Position numbers and translations under genes: made by a program | Notes under the pieces: generated by a model | Told to the model about the DNA's origin: nothing | Database searches by the model: none | What the model saw: only the letters and a program-made list of their open reading frames with translations | Shown: positions 15,794 through 20,000 of the stretch, one piece after another | Numbering within the stretch: position 1 is the stretch's first letter | How the letters are laid out: every line of letters starts with the position of its first letter | Virus record (IMG/VR): IMGVR_UViG_3300038678_000044 | DNA from: an uncultured virus (IMG/VR IMGVR_UViG_3300038678_000044) | Lineage: Duplodnaviria > Heunggongvirae > Uroviricota > Caudoviricetes | Length of the DNA stretch: 20,000 nucleotides | Strand: one strand, 5' to 3'

Positions 15794-18115
15794 ATGGCAT
15801 TATTCGATCTTGCATTTACCGGCTCTCCAGCACCCAGGATTGGACGTACATCGTTGCGAGACGACTGTACTGGCAAAGCGATGGAGTTGACTGGTTTTGG
15901 CAGGCTGACTAATGGTGATGCGCCGATACTTTACGACCAGGGCTTCACGATCGAGATGGCAATCAAGCCGACTACCGAAGGTGTGCGAGCAGTGGGTGGC
16001 GGCACCTCAAGAATTGTTCCTGGGGTCCAGTCGCATGCGAATGCTAACGATCAGTCTGTCTTCCAACTGGGCTTTGATAACTGGGCATCGGGAGGGGCGT
16101 CTCTATTTCCGACCTTCACGATCTTGTCCGACAACAACACGTACCAGTCTCTTTTAGACCATGCGGTTATCCTGGGGGAGGCTCGTGGCACCACACTGAT
16201 GATCCTGGGCAACACCTATCACCTCCTCGGTACGCTGGATGCGAATGGTCTATGCCAGCTTTACGTCAATGGAGTGCTGGAAGCAACGGCTTCTCCGAAC
16301 ATCAACATGGTGGACTTCATCTCTGCTGGAAATCTCGACCTGGGCAACTCAGCGCGAACTCTGCGAGATGTCTTTGACATCGGTACGCGATTCCTCGATG
16401 GGGCATATCGCGGTGAGTCGGATGCAGGGCAAGCGGTCATCGACAATGTTCGGTTTTATGACAATCACTTCAGCGCGGCTGATGCGGCTGCGGCGGCTGC
16501 GGAAGTTGCATTCACAGTAGATACGGTCGGTGTCAATGCGACTACTTACATTGAAGATGAGATTTCCGCAGGCAATCCAGGCGGAGGTGCCTTTCGCTTG
16601 GATATATTCTGGAAGCCTGATGGTACGAAATTGTGGGCTGGCAGGCAGGATCTTGACGTAAGTGAATACGATGTAGATCCGCCATGGGGCATTCAACCGG
16701 GGGATTGGTCGCTTGTTATTACGGTAGGAGGCTTCACAAATTTCAGAAGCGTGTGGTGGTCGCCTGATGGCAGGTATTTCGGATGGGGGCGAAGGCTGTC
16801 ATCAGTCTTCCGGATTCACATCAATGATCAAATAGCGAACCCTTGGAGCATTGCAGCTTTTGGCCCTCAGACATCTAAGACGATAAGTGTACCTCCTTCA
16901 GGTGGCTCAATGCTTGATCATATCTGGAGTGCAGATGGGAAGACGGTATGGATACATACCGCAGTTGGAGTCACAGCAAGGTTCCTGGAGTTCACCGTTC
17001 CAGTAGCTTGGGATCCAGCGAGCATTGTCGGCAATACGCCTTCCGCCGAACTCGATCTCGTTCCGGATGCTGGCACTGCGACAAGGACTGAAGCCTTCTC
17101 AGCAGATGGTTCTAAGTTGTATGCGATGGTTAGCCAGGATTTGTCCTCCTGGGATCTCAGCACACCATTCGATATTACGACCCAATCTAATTTCCAGACT
17201 GGCCCAAGTGTCAACATCGTTGTGGGGATTCCTAGAGGACTCAATTACCGTGATGACAACGGAGACATATTTGTTGAGGGAGACCAGAATGCGCTACGGG
17301 CGGCATGGTTCAGAATTCCCCTGGCTGGTGTAGATGCGAGCGAGTATTGCGAAAGCGATTTCCAGAATAACCCTGAGACCATTGGTGGTGGGCTCAGGAT
17401 GTCTCAGTGGTGGAAGGATGACGGTACTCGCGTGTGGACGACGCGAGACTCGTCCAATCGATGTGACCAGCATGACGTATCTCCGGCCTGGAGTATCGAG
17501 GGCCCAGGAGTTTGGACCAACAGGATCGATAACAATGTGGACTTCATCGACGTTCGTAAAGTACAGATTTCCCCGGACGGTACGGTGTTGCTGTTCATCG
17601 GTGGTCCATCGAATGCGTTTATTAAGTCTGCTCCGCTATCCACTCCGTTTGATCTGTCCACCTTGGGAGCGTTCGTCAGCACGTTTATCTCAGGTGGAAG
17701 GCTTGATATGTACTGGTCTTCGGATGGCTTCACCGTTTGGACCTATGCGTCGGTATCGAACGACATCGAAGAACATGATGTCTCGGTAGCCTTCGATGCA
17801 AGCACGTTCAACACGACGCCAGCGAAGACCTTCGATCTGACACCAGACACAGGAGGCATCAACACTTTCACGTTCTCGCCGGATGGGAATTTCATCTATG
17901 CAGTGCTTGGGTCGAGTCAGAGAGTTTTGGTCTCGTGGCGGCTCAGTACACCGTTCGACATCGATACGGCAGGCTCTTTCTCAACTGGTCCCAGTATCGG
18001 TACTGCGGCGGAGATGGCCATCCCGAGAGGCATCTTCATCAGGCCAGATAATTTGGACCTCCACATAGAGCAAGATCAGAATCTGCAACAAATGAAAGTT
18101 TTTGAACCCCGCTGA
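15794..18115 (+). CDS. LamG/concanavalin A-like lectin domain plus two tandem beta-propeller modules (773 aa), putative adhesin/receptor-binding protein
   Basis: LamG motifs FTIEMAIKP, YHLLGT..LYVNG, IGTR, IDNVRFYD..FS; ten blade-like (W/F)SxDG repeats with LSTPFD motifs. Confidence 0.85.
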   Translation: MALFDLAFTGSPAPRIGRTSLRDDCTGKAMELTGFGRLTNGDAPILYDQGFTIEMAIKPTTEGVRAVGGGTSRIVPGVQSHANANDQSVFQLGFDNWASGGASLFPTFTILSDNNTYQSLLDHAVILGEARGTTLMILGNTYHLLGTLDANGLCQLYVNGVLEATASPNINMVDFISAGNLDLGNSARTLRDVFDIGTRFLDGAYRGESDAGQAVIDNVRFYDNHFSAADAAAAAAEVAFTVDTVGVNATTYIEDEISAGNPGGGAFRLDIFWKPDGTKLWAGRQDLDVSEYDVDPPWGIQPGDWSLVITVGGFTNFRSVWWSPDGRYFGWGRRLSSVFRIHINDQIANPWSIAAFGPQTSKTISVPPSGGSMLDHIWSADGKTVWIHTAVGVTARFLEFTVPVAWDPASIVGNTPSAELDLVPDAGTATRTEAFSADGSKLYAMVSQDLSSWDLSTPFDITTQSNFQTGPSVNIVVGIPRGLNYRDDNGDIFVEGDQNALRAAWFRIPLAGVDASEYCESDFQNNPETIGGGLRMSQWWKDDGTRVWTTRDSSNRCDQHDVSPAWSIEGPGVWTNRIDNNVDFIDVRKVQISPDGTVLLFIGGPSNAFIKSAPLSTPFDLSTLGAFVSTFISGGRLDMYWSSDGFTVWTYASVSNDIEEHDVSVAFDASTFNTTPAKTFDLTPDTGGINTFTFSPDGNFIYAVLGSSQRVLVSWRLSTPFDIDTAGSFSTGPSIGTAAEMAIPRGIFIRPDNLDLHIEQDQNLQQMKVFEPR

Positions 18116-18124
18116 GTACCTAAT

Positions 18125-18796
18125 ATGGCTACATCGACATCATTTACATACGACCAACTGATTGCAGCCCTGGATGACTGGCTTGAAGAAACCAGTGAAC
18201 AGTGGATTGCGAATCAGAATACGATCGTGTCGCTGGGCGAGAGCAGGCTTGCTACTGATCTCAACTTCGAGATCTTCGATCGAGTTGTAACAGGGGCGCT
18301 GTCAGTTGGCGTATTCGTGCAGCCGATCAAGCCTGCCATCTGGCAGGGCACCAGGTCACTGCATCTTCGAGATGTTGGTGGAGGTGGGGTAAGACGCTTC
18401 ATTGAGCGCCGAACTTACGAGTATTGCCTGGACTTCGAGCCTGATGAGAGCGTCACTGCTGAGCCGGTCTACTTCTCTGAGTTCACCGAGACCGAGTTCT
18501 TCATGGTTCCAGCACCGGCTGTCGCGAATGGTTTCGAGCTGCGTCAGATTCAAGCACCTGAAGCCCTGGCCCCAGGTAACCAGAACACCTGGCTGGGAGA
18601 CAATGCAGGCGATCTGTTGCTGTACGCATGCCTGCTTGCCTCAGATGAGTTCCTGATTTCTGATCCAGCAGATCTGGCTACCTGGAGAACCAGTTATGGC
18701 GAGCTGGTGCCAGCCAGGAAACTTGAGCTGCGTCGTCAGTGGAGAGGTGACTACAGCCCGGTCAAGGAAGCGGCTAGGACGGTGAGCCTGACATGA
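18125..18796 (+). CDS. putative tail adaptor/tubular protein (223 aa)
   Basis: TY.QL..AL.DW.E...GE.R, P.YF...F.VPAP, NTWL.DNA.DLLLYACL pattern of neck/adaptor proteins. Confidence 0.75.
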   Translation: MATSTSFTYDQLIAALDDWLEETSEQWIANQNTIVSLGESRLATDLNFEIFDRVVTGALSVGVFVQPIKPAIWQGTRSLHLRDVGGGGVRRFIERRTYEYCLDFEPDESVTAEPVYFSEFTETEFFMVPAPAVANGFELRQIQAPEALAPGNQNTWLGDNAGDLLLYACLLASDEFLISDPADLATWRTSYGELVPARKLELRRQWRGDYSPVKEAARTVSLT

Positions 18797-19257
18797 GCAT
18801 CATTGCTGGTAGCAACTTTCAGTATCTGCGGGATCAGCTATTCAATGGCATCCATGATCCTGAGAACGACACGTTGTTCTTCGCGATGTACACGACCCTG
18901 GCCGACATCGATCCGAAGACTGCGGATCTCCAGTCAGCCCTGAGTGACGAGCTGGTGGGAGCCGGATACCCGGCAGGCGGCTTCCAGCTTACGCAGACAG
19001 TGATCTACACACCTGGCGGAGCTGATCGTCCGGTCATGGATTTCGATGACATTGTGATAGCGAATGCAACCTGGGGCATCGTGAACGATGCAGCCCAGGG
19101 AGCAGTGATTTACAACACGACAGGTGGGCCACAGAACGATAAGATCCTGTGGATTTTGAACTTTGGTTCGCCGGTTTCAGTAAACAACGGGCAGGTGACA
19201 ATCATATTCCCGGATCCAACTAACCCGGCTCTGGCAATCGTAAGGAGTACCGGCTGA
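18793..19257 (+). CDS. conserved tail/virion protein (154 aa)
   Basis: ATGA coupling; G.HD....AMYT...E.VG.GY.AGG..L...DF.D...A.GA.IYN...LNFG...TI.FP...AIVR pattern. Confidence 0.8.
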   Translation: MSIIAGSNFQYLRDQLFNGIHDPENDTLFFAMYTTLADIDPKTADLQSALSDELVGAGYPAGGFQLTQTVIYTPGGADRPVMDFDDIVIANATWGIVNDAAQGAVIYNTTGGPQNDKILWILNFGSPVSVNNGQVTIIFPDPTNPALAIVRSTG

Positions 19258-20000
19258 TGGCCGACACATTCACAGCATTACTCAGGCTCGTCCTACAGGA
19301 GACTGGTGGCAACCAGAACGTGTGGGGCGACATCAATAACTCCAGCGCGATCGATCTTCTCGAAGACGCAATCGCCGGGCGTGAAGACGTTGATGTCACG
19401 CTATCCGATCAAACGCTCATGCCAGCGAACGGTGCGGATGATCCGTCACGAGCAGCCATCCTGATTTGCAGCGGCAATCCTGGCACGACCAGGAATGTCA
19501 TCGTCCCAAGCACGTCGAAGGTCTACATCGTAACGAACGAGACCAGCCCTGCTTTCGATGTGACGATCAAGACAGCCTTGGGAAGCGGCATCGTTGTGGG
19601 TGACGGTCGGAAGGTGCTGGTCTTTGTGGACGCTACGCTCGATGACGTTGTGCTTGTTGGCGCAGCACCGAAGGCCACCGAGACAGTGGAAGGCGTAGCT
19701 GAGATCGCGACCCAGGTCGAGGTCGATGCTGGCACGGACGACGAACGCTTTGTGACTCCGCTGAAGCTGGCGACATTCCCAGCCGCGAACCAGGCGACAG
19801 AGACCGTGAAAGGTATCGCTGAGCTTGCGACACAAGCGGAAACTGATCTCGGCGTTGATGACGAGCGAATTATTACGCCGCTGAAATACGAGAACCGCAA
19901 ATCGAGCGAAATCCTCAGCGGTCACATCGAGCTTGCTACCCAGGCGGAAGTCGATGCTGGCACGGATACCGAACGAGCGGTCACGCCAGCCACACTTGCA
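19257..20000 (+). CDS. tail fibre protein, 3'-truncated by window (not in ORF track)
   Basis: TGATG coupling; N-terminus MADTFTALLRLVLQETGGNQNVWGDINN..IDLLEDAIAG, then three T4 gp34-like repeats; frame open to the window end. Confidence 0.88.
   Translation, partial: MADTFTALLRLVLQETGGNQNVWGDINNSSAIDLLEDAIAGREDVDVTLSDQTLMPANGADDPSRAAILICSGNPGTTRNVIVPSTSKVYIVTNETSPAFDVTIKTALGSGIVVGDGRKVLVFVDATLDDVVLVGAAPKATETVEGVAEIATQVEVDAGTDDERFVTPLKLATFPAANQATETVKGIAELATQAETDLGVDDERIITPLKYENRKSSEILSGHIELATQAEVDAGTDTERAVTPATLA
19674..20000 (+). repeat. three 36-40 aa tail-fibre repeats
   Basis: ATETVEGVAEIATQVEVDAGTDDERFVTPLKL / ATETVKGIAELATQAETDLGVDDERIITPLKY / SSEILSGHIELATQAEVDAGTDTERAVTPATL. Confidence 0.9.

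Noticed and set aside
1527..18115. Alternative genetic code, introns or inteins in terL, portal or capsid
   Set aside because: The long ORFs are intact under the standard code with expected sizes. TAA, TGA and TAG all act as stops, and no intein or homing-endonuclease motifs were seen.
137..19925. All minus-strand ORFs and alternative-frame plus-strand ORFs in the track
   Set aside because: They overlap well-supported, tightly coupled plus-strand genes, lack recognisable motifs, and look like antisense or off-frame shadows expected in GC-rich coding DNA.
19674..20000. CRISPR array or diversity-generating retroelement repeats
   Set aside because: The repeats are in-frame protein repeats with synonymous divergence. 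There are no identical repeats with unique spacers, no adenine-specific variation and no reverse transcriptase in the window.

Overview
This window is the DNA-packaging, head and start-of-tail module of a tailed dsDNA phage (Caudoviricetes, probably short-tailed). All credible genes are on the + strand and many are translationally coupled (TAATG/TGATG/ATGA overlaps). Gene order: small accessory ORFs; terminase large subunit; small ORFs plus a two-gene fibre/beta-propeller cassette with its own promoter; portal; basic microproteins; GroES-like co-chaperonin; scaffold; two conserved head genes; major capsid protein; a structured intergenic region with terminator; two paralogous beta-rich virion proteins; head-tail adaptor; a LamG + double beta-propeller protein; adaptor/tail proteins; and a truncated tail fibre with T4 gp34-like repeats. 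Five complete small ORFs and two edge-truncated ORFs absent from the supplied track were found by hand. The most interesting signals are: (1) a LamG domain that seems split across a stop codon and a -1 frame change at 15789-15794; (2) two tandem 57-aa paralogous basic microproteins sharing GTMGKHQxTGxGK; (3) a recurring intergenic GCCGCC-loop hairpin motif; (4) the promoter-led fibre cassette between terL and portal; (5) a GroES without GroEL in the head operon; (6) multi-hairpin RNA downstream of the capsid gene. All product calls come from motif recognition and synteny. No database searches were run. No tRNA, rRNA, CRISPR array, integrase or reverse transcriptase was seen.
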